Source of the DNA: the human T2T-CHM13v2.0 reference genome, Homo sapiens
Assembly: GCF_009914755.1 (NCBI RefSeq)
Contig: NC_060935.1
Strand: one strand, 5' to 3'
Length of the DNA stretch: 64,000 nt
A model generated the notes under the pieces. It was not told where the DNA came from. It did not search any database and saw only the letters and a program-made list of their open reading frames with translations. How positions within the stretch are numbered: position 1 is the first letter of the stretch; each line of letters opens with the position of its first letter. Both the position numbers and the translations under genes were made by a program. This document shows positions 23,100 through 37,294 of the stretch, in pieces.

Positions 23100-25630
23100 A
23101 ATAATAAATATCAAAAATTACTGAAATGTATAATGGAAAAACAATAGAGATAATCAAGTAAACTAAAGCTGCCTCTTAGAAAAAGACAAATACAATGAAT
23201 AAAGGTCTAATTAGGCTGGTTATAAAAAATTAGAAGAGACAGAAATTACCACTAACAAGAATGAATTAGCAGCATCACTACAGAACCTACAGATATCAAA
23301 ACGAGAAAGAGTAGACATTATGAATTATTGTATGCCAGTAATTTGACAATTTAAACAAAATGAACTACTTCTTTGAATACCACAAACTACTAATGCTCAT
23401 TCAAGAAGAAATAGATTGGTTGGGTAACATTAAATTTATTAAACCAATTGAGTTTTAATTTTAAATCTTTTCTACAAGGAAAATTTCTAATCTAGCTGAC
23501 TTTATTGGTGAATCCTACCAAACATTTAAGAAAGGAATATTGCCAATTAGATACAAACCCTTCCTAAAACTAAAAGAGGAAGGAACATTCATTTTATTTT
23601 ATTTTATTTATTTAATTAATTTATTTTTCACTAGACAGGCCATCAAGGCAGAAAGTCAACAAAAAAACAATGGATTTAAACTATACCCTAGAACAAATGG
23701 GCTTAAGAGATACTTATAGAACTTTCAACCCAACAACCACAGAATATACATTCTATTCATCAGCACATGGAACTTTCTCCAAGATAGATCATAGGATGGG
23801 CCACAAAACAAATCTTAATAAATTTAAGAAAATTGAAATTATATCAAGTACTCTCTCAGACCACAGTGGAATAAAATTGGAAATCAACTCCAAAAGGAAC
23901 CTTCAAAACTAGACAAATACATGGAAATTAAATAACCTGATCCTGAATGATTGTTGTATCAACAATGAAATCAAGACGGAAATTTAAAATATTTTTTGAA
24001 CTGAACAATAATAGTGACACGACGTATCACAGCCTCTGGAATGCAGCAAAGGTGATGCTAAGAGGAAGGTTTACAACCTTTAGCATCAAAAAGTCTGAAA
24101 AAGCACAAATAGACAATCGAAGGTCACACCTCAGGAAACTACAGAAGAAGAAACCAAACCCAAACCCAGCAAAAGAAATAACCAATATCACAGCAGGACT
24201 AAATGAAATTGAAACAAAAGAAATACAAAAGATAAGTGAAACAAAAAGCGGGTTCTTTGAAAAGATAAATAAAACTGATAGAGCATTAGCAAGGTTAACC
24301 AAGAAAAGAAGATAGAAAATCCAAATAAGCTCAATTGAAAACGAAATGGGAGATATTACAACTGATGCTACAAAATACGAAAGATCATTCAAGGCTACTA
24401 TGAACATCTTTATGCACATAAATTAGAAAACCTAGAGTAGGTGGATAAATTCCTGGAAATACACAACCCTCCTAGACTAAATCAGGAGGAATTAGAAAGC
24501 CTGAACAGACCAAAAAGAAGCAGCACGATTGAAATGGTAATAAAATTACCAACAACAAAAAAAGGTCCTGGACCAGATGGAGTCACAGCTGAATTCTATC
24601 AGATGTTCAAAGAATTGTTATGAATCCTACTGACACTATTGCACAAGATAAAGAGTGAATTCTCCCTAAATCATTCTATGAAGACAGTATCACCCTAACA
24701 CCAAAACCGGGAAAGAACATAACAACAAAAAACTACAGACCAATATCCCTGATGAACATAGATACAAAAATGCTTAACAAAATACTAGCTAACTGAATCA
24801 AACAGCGTATCAAAAAGATAATCCACCGTGATCAAGTGGGTTTCATACCAGGGATGCAGGGATAGTTTAACGTACATAAGTCAATAAACGTGATATACCA
24901 CATAAACACAATTAAAATAAAAATCACATGATCTTCTCAATAGATGCAGAAAATGTACTTGACAAAATCCAGCATCCATTTATGATTAAAACCTTCATCA
25001 AAATTGGCATACAAGAAACATACATCAATGTATTAAAAGCCTATCTATGACAAGCCCACAGTCAATATAATACTGAAAGAGGAAAAGAGGAAACATTCCC
25101 TCTGAGAACTGGAACAAGACAAGGATGCCCACTGTCACCCTTCTATTCAACATAATACTGGAAGTCCTAGCCAAAGCAATCAGACAAGAGAAATAAATAA
25201 AGGGCATACAAATTGGTAAAGAGGAAGTCAAACTGTTGCTGTTTGCTGATAATATGATCATATACCTAGAAAATCCTGAAGACTCTTCCAAAAAGCTCCT
25301 AGAATTGATAAATGAATTCAGCAAAGTTTCGTTATACAAAATTAGTGTACACAAATCAATAGCTCTGCTATACACCAACAGCAAGCAAGCTGAGAATCAA
25401 ATCAAGAATTCAGCCCCTTTTAAAATAGCTGCAAAAATAAAATAAAATAAATTACTTAGAAATATACCTAACCAATGAGGTGAAATACCTCTAGAAGGAA
25501 AACTGCAAAACACTGCTGAAAGAAATCATAGACAACACAAACAACTGGAAACACATTCCATGCTTGTGGATGGGTAGACTCAATATTGAAACATTCATTC
25601 AAAGTGGTCAGCATTACCTAGATACCAATA
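23100..25630 (+). mobile_element. Old L1M ORF2 fragment hosting the L1PB insertion (23100-23593 and 25590-25630)
   Basis: Diverged ORF2 sequence resumes after the second TSD (cagcattacctagatacc). Confidence 0.6.
23594..25589 (-). mobile_element. L1PB-like insertion: inverted ORF2 segment (plus strand 23629-25589) attached directly to a minus-strand A-rich tail
   Basis: ORF2 EN-RT peptides ([29 protein letters not shown]); T-rich tail at 23594-23628; TSD aacattcatt at 23584-23593 and 25590-25599. Confidence 0.8.
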
Positions 25631-28146
25631 CTTGGCAGGGCTGTGTGTTACCTGGAAATGAAGTATTATGTAAGAACAGAACTCAACAATACTAAATAAA
25701 TACCTCAATAAAAACAGAGATTTGAAAAAAAATCTTCGAGCAGTTAACATTTGTAGTTGGCAAATTCTTGTCACCTGTATGCAAAGCTTATAGGCTAAGA
25801 AGTCTACTTTTTCAATAGGTACTGACTTAACTATAAAGAAAGTGAAAGGATCTTTCACTGACAAGTGAAGAAACACAGCATACGAATTAAGAGAAATTCT
25901 AATCCAGCTGAAATGAGTTAGAATTCTAAAGTTTAAATTTGGAGGTATGACTAATTTGATTGCTATGTGAAAGAAGAAATAAAGTCATGTAATATAGAGA
26001 AATTAACCTGGATTTGGGATCAGAAGATTATGGTTCAATTTACCACTTAACCACTTTGTACTTCAGAAGCACTTTTCCAAAATACTCAATTTATTTATTT
26101 TAAAAACAAATGGCAGTGTGAGACTGTTTCTATTATTAAATGACATAACAAAGGAGTATTTCCTAAACGTTGCTTTCCTTTTCATGTTGAAGCATGAAAC
26201 TCCTTAAAATGATCCTCAAGGAGCCTCATTACGTCCCCAATCTTATTCTCCTGTACAATCTCCCTAGTTTACAATGGTCCAGTTATTCTAATCAATCTGT
26301 TCCTTGAAATTCTTAGTTTGTTTTAATTTCAGAGGTTTTGCACTTGCTTTTTCTGAATCAGTACTTTGTTTAATTTCAGAACACAAAACTTATGTGGAGT
26401 GCAAGCACCAGTTTTCTAATTTTTCAGGGAATTATTTTACTATCCAGGTCTTGAAAGCTAAAATCTTCCTTTGACTTGTAGTGGATTTTGTTTTTCTACT
26501 ATACTCATTCATGAATGATGCAGATTTCTAGGGTCTTTGATTATGTGGACATTTTGGTCCTAGCCTTGGGTGGGCTCAAGTCTTTCATTTCTGCCCCATT
26601 ATGGGCTTTAAAATCTTATGCCTTAGGTTATTGAGACCAAAACCCCAACAACCAAGGTAAGGTACAGGCCAGCTTCCTAGCTCAGTACTCCTGTTTTAAT
26701 TTATTTCTTCTTTCTTAATCTTATTAGCCTTACTGTTCTGAGAGATAGATATGCATGTAAAATAAATTTTCCTATTATATTTTTCTGGCTTTGTACGGAT
26801 TGTCTCAAGAGAATTTTCAGATTCTCATAGTCTAATATCTCACTAGAACAGAAAGCCATATATCAACTTTAAGAACTGCACATAAAATATCTTAAAAATA
26901 AATCAAATGTCTTCCTTACTCATAGAACATGAAAAAATAGAAGGACGTTGGAAATCAGAAAAGCCAATGACCTCATTTTGTAGTGAGGATAAAAGGAAAT
27001 ATATGGGGATGGCATAACTGAAGGCGATGCAACTTAAGAGTGACACTACTACAATAAGGGCTTTTCTCAAGGCCTGCTTCCCTCACCTCCATACCTCAAC
27101 ACTGAGTACTAGAGGTAATTACCTTTCAATGATTTAACTGATATGAGCAACTGTCTGATTAGTATCAAGGGACCTCACAGAACAGGGATCACTGGGGTTA
27201 AGGGATTTCAAAAATGTTATCTCCATTCTCCAAAGCAATTGATTCCTGGTTTGGTAAAAGAATACCCCATTATGTGAATCTTGAAGCTTGTTCTCCTGTC
27301 TTTTTTTACCTGACGTAGAGGAGCTGTGATGCTTCTTTTTCTCTTGGGAAAGCACATTTTCTAAAAAAACAAAAACAAAACTTTTTTCCTTTCAATAAAT
27401 ATGCTTTGTATAAAGACATAGCTACAGAAAACTTTCAGCTGCCATTTCCTCTTTGACTTTTTGAATTTAATATTTCTTTCCTGAGTATTCAACAGATTCT
27501 TATCCTTATTGTTATTCTAGATTATTGTGACATTTTGTACTTGACAAGATATATCTTGGGCATGCTTCACTTTAGGATAAAAATAACATTTGTATTGTCC
27601 GTGCATGTTATTATTTGTCCTCTGCTGTGGCAATCCGACAAGCAAAAATTTGTTTTGATACTTCAGGAAACCCTTATGTCATCAAAATTACATTAATAAA
27701 CAGTCATATGATAAACAGATATGTTATGAATAATTTGGCAAAGGAGGTTTTCAAAATAGCATTTCTTATAGATATTTTATACATTAGTTATTGTTCTTTA
27801 ATTCATTTTTCCTTTGAGGAAAATCTGAGATAATTTCCCTGCAGAATATCTTTTGGAATTAAAGCCATATGTTTTATAGTACCTATTTAAACATTTCAAC
27901 ATGCTTTAATGTTTTTTCTCTCATTTCTTCAGCAAATTTCACTTAAAATATAGATTCAGTCACCTGTATCTTAAAATAAAAAAATCATTCTAAAATACTA
28001 TTTTCTTAATTCTTGCTCCCCTCAAATTATTTGTTTTCTTATTTCTCTATTTTATCATCACAATTTTAAAAGCTAGGTCTGATTTAACATTTTCAACTTC
28101 AAGTCTGTCATTATTCCACTACAGTTTGACTTTCTTTCTCACTGCT

Positions 28147-28517
28147 TGTAACAGGCTGAATTGCTTCCCTGCAAAATTTGTATGTTGAAGTCCTAATCCC
28201 AAGTACCTCAGAATGTGAGTGTATTTTAAGACAAAGTTTTTAAAGACCTTATCAGGGTGAACCCTAATGCAATATGACTGGTATCTTTATATGAAGAGAA
28301 GGTTAGGACACAGACACACAGACAGGGAAGACTGTATGAAGGCACAGCAAGAATATGGCCAGCTGCAAGTCAAAGAGAGAGGCCTTAGAATAAATCAACC
28401 CTGCAGTCACCTTGATCTTGGATTTCTAGTCCCCAGAATTGTGAGAAAATAAATTTATGTTTTGTAAGTCACCTAGTCTGTGGTATTTTGTTATGGTAGC
28501 CCTAGAAAACTAATATA
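28147..28517 (+). mobile_element. MLT1B-like MaLR solo LTR
   Basis: tgtaacaggctgaattg...gccctagaaaactaatata. Confidence 0.8.
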
Positions 28518-28949
28518 CCACCCTATAAATAATGTTTTTGGTATTATCAGTTACGTCCTAATTGATATAATGACAGAATCAAAACACAGGGACTTTCAAG
28601 TAAGACAGAAGTGAGTTAAAGTCCTAATTTTAGTCAATTAATAGTGCTAAAACTTTGGGTGAATTATTTAATCTTTCTTTGCCTCCGCCTTCAGACTTTA
28701 AAAAAGGAAATAATGAATATTCATTTGTAAGGATTAAAGAGGATGGTTATATGGAAATGCCTTGTGTAATATCAAGCAGATAATAATGAAACTCATGACA
28801 CTATAGTTCTTTCCTGTTGTCCAGACCAGCATGCTTCCTAAATTCAGACCACTGATATATTTAATGACATAAATAATGGATGATTTGTCTAATATTGTTT
28901 TCTCTAACTTACACAAACTCTTCCTTTCTAATTCTTATTCTCCTAGTCA

Positions 28950-30800
28950 GCCCCCAGCCCCTTAAGAACTGATGACCTCCCTTCACACTTGAATAAGAAA
29001 ATAGAAATAACTAGATCGGTACACCCTAATTTGTCCAAGAACAATACATGCATCTATACTCTATCCTGTGTCTCCATTCAGGCATAAAGGAAGGTTCCTC
29101 CCAACTCATGGCAAAGGCTCCTCTCTCCATTGGGCTTTAGATTTCACATATCCAGTACCTTGCTGTGGCAGTTTTTTCCTTTTTCTCCTATGTCTCTTTC
29201 TCTGAATGTTTTCATTTTCAACAACATATAATCATTCTCTAATACATAACCTCTCTCTTAAAAAGAAAATCTCAAATCCTCCTTTCTTGTTCATATCCCC
29301 TTTCCAGCTTCCCACTTTAAAATGCTCCTTTTTTTGTGAAAACTTTTCAAAAGATTTGTTTAGAATCTGCTCCAGTCTGGCTCCTGAAGCTTCCATTCTA
29401 CTGAAACTTTTCTGTTGCCAAGGGCATGATCATCCTTGTATTTTCAGACCCAACAGGTACTTTTCTTTCCTCATTCTATTGATCTCTTAAGAGTACATGA
29501 TTTATTTTTCCACTTTTTTTTTTTTTTTTTTGCTACATGGCTTTTGTGGCTTAATGTCCTTGTTTTTCTTCTTCCTCACTGGTCAATGACCCTCTGTCTT
29601 CTTTGCTTTTGTTGATTCATCTGTATCGGCTCATCCTTTTAATGATGGGGTATGCCAGACTGCTTCCTTTTCTTCTGTGTTTATACTCAATTCCTGTGAC
29701 CTCATTCACTCCATTGATTTTAAATAATGCTAAATAATTAAGTTTTGAAACTTAAATGATTAAATAACATGAAGTGATTAATGCTAAATAGATAAGGCTA
29801 AAACTACCAAATACATGTATCTAACCTGGTTCTCTCTTTTGAGCTTGATACTCCAAGATTCAACTGACTACTTGGCAGCCTCTTTTGGGTATCTATTTGC
29901 CCTATCCTAAAAAGACCCAAAGATGTTCAAAGAGAACTTTAGTTCATTTTCTTTGCTAAATGTATTACTTACCCCTCCTTTCTACTTCAGTAAACATCTC
30001 CACTCTTCTCTCTAATGCTTCTAAGTATTGGAGTAATCTTTCATTACTCTTTTTTCTTTATTTTTAAAATTACTGGCTACATCTATATTATCACATAGTC
30101 CATTAACAAGCCCTGTTGGTTTTACCTCTGAAATACACATGGTTCAGTTTTCTTCTTCCCAATAGCTCCATTGTCACCTCTGTGGTTGAAATCACTATCA
30201 TTTCTCATTTAGACCAATGCAATAGAGTAATCCATGTCACTTTTGAAGTTTTCACTCTAATAGTCTATTTGTCACAATAGCCAAGACAAGTTTTAAAAAT
30301 GTCAATCTAAAAATTATTTCAGCACCTGGATTAAAATAATTTAAACTCTTTCCTCTGTACTGTACTTAGGGCTCTGTTGATCTCTGCTGATCTCTTCAAT
30401 CTCATATTGCACCAAGTTCCTCTTGTTTACCATAGTTAGCTTTTCTAGTCTTTCCAAACTTGAAGCAAGACAAGCTTTTTTTTGCCATGGGACCTTTAAA
30501 TGTGTGCCTTCTGCTTCCTAAAAATCTTGTCCCAGAGGGATTTCTATGGCTACCCCTTTTCCGTGGTCTCAGTGTCAAATTATAGGTCATTTCCTCAGAG
30601 AAGCCAGCTATAAGTAGCCTATCTCAACTGGAACCTTCTCCCAAGTACTTCTTTATAAAATATATAGATATTATATCACATCATAGTGCTTAACTGAATT
30701 TTGTGCTTATTTATTTCTTTTCTGGTTTGCTTATATTTCTCCTCACTAGAATGCAAATATTTTAATAGCAAGTTCCTTGTCTATCTAGTAATTGTGTGCT
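28950..30800 (+). mobile_element. L2 3' region, long degenerate fragment
   Basis: Sense L2 motifs through to cactagaatgcaa...ttgtctat. Confidence 0.65.
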
Positions 30801-31084
30801 AAGAACATTTTTACATATATATTTTTACAATATCATACTAAAAATCAAAGCTGTAACTTTAGATGGCTACAAATATTAGCACCATTTTGTGGCTGAGAAA
30901 AAGAAGGCTTAGGGAAGAATAAGCAGCTTGCCAGAGATTATGTAGCTAGATGTAGCAGCTTTGGGATTCAAAATGAGGCATGTCTGATGCTAAAATCTAT
31001 GATCTTAATCACATGATTTACTGCCTCTTAGTCTCCTGATTTCTGGCCTTTTGATTTACTTTAGAGCTCTGTTCATCCCTTGGA

Positions 31085-31150
31085 TCTGATATTTGGTGCT
31101 ATTTCAGTGGGTCTGATATTTGGTGCTATTTCAGTGGGTCTGACATTTGG
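31085..31150. repeat. 27-bp tandem repeat, 2.4 copies
   Basis: tctgatatttggtgctatttcagtggg twice, then tctgacatttgg. Confidence 0.95.
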
Positions 31151-33072
31151 CTCTCTAAATAATTATGATAAAGATCTATCTTACAGTCATGCTGCTTCTG
31201 TCTGCCTAAATATCCTCCTGCTATATTAAGTATATTCCACATTGCCCCCCAGGATCTCCTAATCTGCAGGGAAGAGGTTGACACACTTCCATCTGCTTTG
31301 CAGAAAACTGTGTGCCTTTGGGCACATCACCTTCTCTGGGCCCCAATTTCCTTATTTGTAAAATAAACAATTTGAATTATGATCTTGAAATTCTCTTTAA
31401 GATTTCAGCAATAATGACAAGTCATGTTTCTTTATCCCCCTTCCTTTAAGCTTTTTAAGTTATCAATATTTTAATTTAAGCAATTTAACTTTCCTAGTAC
31501 TAGAATATATTAATCCTACAAAAAGCAGCTACATTGTTGTAGGAACATTCTTTAGGTTGTTAGTTACAGTACATGATGTCTTCATCACTTGATAGAAAGC
31601 AACTCAACTCTCTTAGATTAATATTTCACTCCCCAACAAAATGCTATTGATAACCCAGTCGATGCCTGCCTGCCTCAGAGTTATCAATTATACAACAACT
31701 TAGTCTAATAAGTATGTAATGAATGTCTCCTATGTGCTAGGTTCTGTGCTAGGTGCTAAAAATGATCGATACATAGATGCTGTCTGCCACGAACCCATGA
31801 TTTAGTGGTAGAGATGGACAAACCATGAATCAATCTAACAAGTGCAGAGTGGTATAAGAGCTAAATCTAACAATAACATCAAAAAGAAAAACAGCTGTCA
31901 GAATACAGACAAGTATGACTATAATGGTATAACTGCTCTTTGTTCTACAGCATTAATTCTGCTTTAGAGAACAAATCAGGGAGCAGTTTTGAAAGCTGGT
32001 CACAATCCAACAGTGTAAAAAGAAACCCAGAAACAGACAGTTCCCCCTCTACCATCCCATCTGATTGCTAGAATAGACTTTAAGACATTTTTCTGGTTTC
32101 CAAGCTTACCTACCCCCATAACCCTCAGATTTCTGCCTTTCTGAGCAAGCTTCAGCCTTGCAATCACCAACAGGGAAGCAATCTGCTGTTCATTCCTGAA
32201 GCCCCAGGGACCTTTCTTACTGCCACCCTTCTGGTTGGACTGTTTCTGGGCTGCCAAGTTGGCAAGGCGTCTGGTTTGAAGGCATGTGGGTTAGGACAGT
32301 CTTCTTAGCAGGATGGCCCAGGGGAGGCTTAGGGAGTAGAGTAGAAGGGAAGCCTCACTAGAAAATACAGCAAAAATGTCACTCCAGAAGATGTAATTAA
32401 TCTGTAGCTAAGGAGGGAGGCAGGCTGGCCATCCCTGGAATGTATTGTTTCAGGTTTGCACCTAACCTAGATTCCTACACATTTAAGAGACACGCTATGG
32501 GAGAACCAGTGAGGTGATGCCAATACTGGAGAGCATTTAGAGTACAGTGAGTAAAGAACAAAAGCATTGAATATTTTTTTAAGCCCCTTATACTTTAGCT
32601 CTTTACAGGAGCTTGTCTTTGTTAATGTGTTATAGTTTATAAAGTATGAACTCAGGTTCTTATGAGGAAAGTAATATTATTACTGCCTTTTGCTAAGTGA
32701 GGAAAATTAGGCTTGGAGATCTGCAACTTTCCTAAGATCACACTTTTGTGTTCTGAAGCAGACCCAGGACATAATCACAGAACTTCTGACTCCAGGTTTC
32801 ATGATCCTTCCACTACAGGATTCCTCTTCACAGTTAGAATTTAGTATCTAGACTGTGAGCTCCTAGTGGTGGATGTCATGTCCTGCCTTTTTTACCTCGG
32901 TCTCAGTTCTTAAGCTAGTGCCTGTCCAGTCAGGTTGACTCCCTTGAGCCCCAGCCACATCGGAGTATTTAAGAATCAGTTAAAACTGCTGGCCCAAGCT
33001 TCTGAGCATGCTAAATGGCACATCTCCCCACCCTTAAATTTTGGCCCACTGTTTGTTCCTCTTCAGATTCTT

Positions 33073-33372
33073 TTCTTTTCTTTTTTTTTTTTGAGATAGA
33101 ATCTTGCTCTGTCGCCCAGGCTGGAGTGCAGTGGCGCGATCTTGGCTCACTGCAAGCTCCACCTCCAGGTTCACGCCATTCTCCTACCTCAGCCTCCCGA
33201 GTAGCTGGGACTACAGGTGCCCGCCACCATGCCCGGCTAATTTTTTGTATTTTTAGTAGAGACGGAGTTTCACCGTGTTAGTCAGGATGGTCTTGATCTC
33301 CTGACCTCGTAATCCGCCCACCTTGGCCTCCCAAAGTGCTGGGATTACAGGCGTGAGCCACCACGCCCAGCC
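33073..33372 (-). mobile_element. AluY
   Basis: AluY diagnostics (tgcaagctcc, ttcacgccatt); TSD tgttcctc(tt)cagattctt on both sides. Confidence 0.9.
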
Positions 33373-36300
33373 TGTTCCTCCAGATTCTTCTTAATCCTCA
33401 ATTCTCTGTCTGCCTGTCCCATCTGAGCATGCTAAATTTTTTATCAACTTGTTTTGCTTGGAATGCCTCCTGCAGCAGTAACTGCACTGCTTGACTAGTG
33501 TTCAAAATAATCACTTATCCTGATAGTTCCTGCTCCCTTGTTGGAGGAAGAGTATACTGTCTTTGTTTATATCCAATATACACTTTCCTTCTATTAAGCC
33601 TCCATCTAAACCCTTTATGAAGCAGTATTTAGTACCGGTTACTTAACCTCTCGGAATTTCAGTCTATTCTTCTGTAAGTATTGATTGAATGAGTCAATTC
33701 ATGTGATGCGCTTAGAATTTGGTGTGTAGTAAGCACACAATAAACCTTAGTTTTGTTTTTAGTATTTTTGCAATGTTGTAACTATTGGCTGTTGTCTGAA
33801 GTTTCTTTCAACCACATACTTCTATACCTTTTTGTTTTGTTCTCTATGTATTGACTGTTTTTACACGCAAATGTCACAAGTAAAAAATCTACTCATTCTT
33901 CATAGAACCACCAGTCATAAAATTGTATTCCAAACAATAGTATCAAACAGCTATTCGTTGACTATCTTATGCTAGGCATAGTGATAGGTGCTGCAGATTC
34001 AGGGGTTAAAGAGGACTACTCCTGTGGTCCCTATTCTTTGGTGCTCTTTTTCTCACTTCCAAATATCCTGTCCTATTGAGCCACTATTACTGCAGTGTTA
34101 CGTTTTGCTTTACATTACTTAGTTGTTGACATATCTGCCCTGGAGGAAACTAGGTGGAGAATAATAGTATTTAGTAATCACTTCATCCCCATGGTCTAAT
34201 ATAACACATGACACATAAAGGGTACTTAATGTTAGTTGAATTAACAGATGAAGGAATGCATATGTGCCGAGGTGTGCTTGTTTTTTTTCTGTATAAGCCA
34301 TTCTTGAATGGGAAAGTGCAAGGAAGGAAATATTTCTAAAGCCCCTTTTCTGCTGTTCTGACATTTATCGAAGGTGCACCATCTAGCACAAACCCCTTAC
34401 TTTCCTCCTGAGAAAGCTATGCACATAAAAGCTTCCAATCTACTGCTAAAACATGTAGCATAAGACAAAATAGGTCACACAAAAGTGAGACATGGATTTG
34501 CAAGAGTTAATTCCATGCAGAGAATTACCAAAAGGAATATTTGAAGACCTGCAGAAATAAGGAGGAGTCATTGAATACATGGTTCTCGCCATAAGCAGGC
34601 CATGCTAAGCTGAGAGGGCATTTCAGAAGCTGGAGCTGGACAGAGAGAAATACAGATTGTGTCAGGAAAAATGCAGAACCTGGAGCTCAACTGCCTAGTA
34701 GATCTCTTTATTCAATCAATCTACGAGAGAGATAATTCTGGAAAATATGAGTCACCAGTAATTTCTTTAATAAAAATAGATAAAAGGAAACAAACACAAG
34801 TTTAAGCAACTTTAAGAGTATAGGCAAATGATAACACATCCCTCTCTACCCTTTTGTATGTTTGTTTGCTTATTTATCTGTACAGTTTTGGAAATAGCCT
34901 CTATTTTTGATATTATTGCAAAAATGTACATATCCATTGCAAAAAAGTTTTAAAATTTGTAAAACACAAAGGAAATAAAATTTATGCATAATTCTACCAA
35001 CCAGAGGTCCATTACCAACATTTTTATACCCTTCTCACCTCTGTTAATAGATATATTTGCATTTGAATATACATGCATATGCTTTTGAAATGGAATATTA
35101 TTAAATATCCTATTCTATAACCTTCCTTATTTAATAATAAATAATAAATATTTTAAAAACCAACAATTATAAATACACATAATTTTAATGGTTACTGAAT
35201 TTTCCATTGTATGCAAGAGTTCACTAAATGTATTTATAGAGTGCTTTGAGAAACGACAGCAGAGAGTATATTTCAACTACATTTCTTAGCCAGTTTGCTA
35301 GTTAACACACTGCAGTTGGACATTGTTATACTTTATTAATTCAACTAAACATTGTGTGCTGGGAATTACCCTGAGCACAGAAAACTACAGATACAAAGAT
35401 GTGATAGATAAAATGAGAATTGAAATTATAATTCAAGATCTTGCTAGGTAAACTGGACAAGTATAATATAATTCATAATAATACAATTCTAATACAATGT
35501 CTTAAGCTTGACATAAAAGGTCAGCCCCCAAATTCTTGGAGACTCAAAAGACTGGAGTAAGGACCTTGGGGAAGTGGAGAAAGCTGCACTGACAAGGTGA
35601 TGCTTGAACCACCTCTTGACTTATAAGTATAGGTGGAATCCCCATTTGCATGTACATTAACATGCCTGTTTAGGAAGAATGCAGAAGCTGAAGTGTCCAG
35701 TGAGTGGCCTACACATGCTAAATAAGTATTTATTGAATGAATGTAGAATGAATAGATAAAATGATAAAATGGAATCTTCTAAAACATCAATACTACCCTG
35801 TAACATTTATATCAATTTATTGGGACCTCTAAACCCCAATAAAGCACTGTATCCCTTTGCCATGCCCACTCTGGAATCATGCAAAACCTATAAACTTTTG
35901 ATAATAACACAATTTTTGAAGAATAGGCATTCAAATTGTTGGAGAATGATAATTATTGTAGCATCTTATTATTCAGTTATCACCTAAGTGTTACTTAAAA
36001 TACTTCCAACACCCTGACAAAGGTGGAATTATGTGATATCCATTATATAGAGCAGAGGCTCTGTGATTGAGTGGTTAACTGACTCATACCTGAGTCGAGG
36101 TCTCTCTGACTCTTTAATTCATTACCACACTATGCTCCCTACTCTTTATAGAGAGCATTTTAGATTCATACCTTCTTTGATTTCTATAACTTCTGAGTTG
36201 GTCAGGACCTCTTTAGAGATTCCCATTTTAGTGATGAAGAAAAGAAGTCTCAAAAAAGCTACATTATTTATCTGAACTCCCAGGGATACTAATTAACAGA

Positions 36301-36496
36301 TTCTAAATGTAAAAAAGTTTCTTCCATTGGCCCACACTGCAATTAACCACTCCTGACACAACGTTCTATATGGAAAAATTTCTGAAATGCTAGTTGTCAG
36401 AATAGAGCCCTCCAGTTTATCTCCAAGGTCCAGATGACCACCTTCACCAAAGTCCTTCCACACTAGCAGGTCTATGTGCTATAAAGTCAATAAAGA

Positions 36497-36859
<363 letters not shown>

Positions 36860-37153
36860 TTATCCTGGACACTCATCTTTCTCTGAAATAATAACATATC
36901 TTTATCTTCTTCAGAAGTGTATCCACACCTGGCTCTTTCCATGCTCTTCACTATGCCAAAATATTTATAATATAATCTATGGTGGGAAACAGTATAATGT
37001 GATTTAAATTGCTCGAAAGATCTGGGTTCAAAACATGGTATCATCTTTTAGTATCCATTTAAAGAAAAGTGAATTATTTTTTCTCTTTATCTTCAGTTTT
37101 CTCATTTATAAAAATGCACTGCAATAACTTACATAATTGTAGTGAGACAATTT

Positions 37154-37294
37154 CACTATTATATTAATATGAAATATATATATTATATGTATAGTATATA
37201 CTATATTATATAGTATATATAATATACTATATAATATCTATTATAGTAATATAACATATAACATAAAATATATTAATATATTAAATTATATTAA
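37154..37294. repeat. AT-rich low-complexity (TA)n-like tract inside a MIR
   Basis: Directly visible. Confidence 0.8.
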
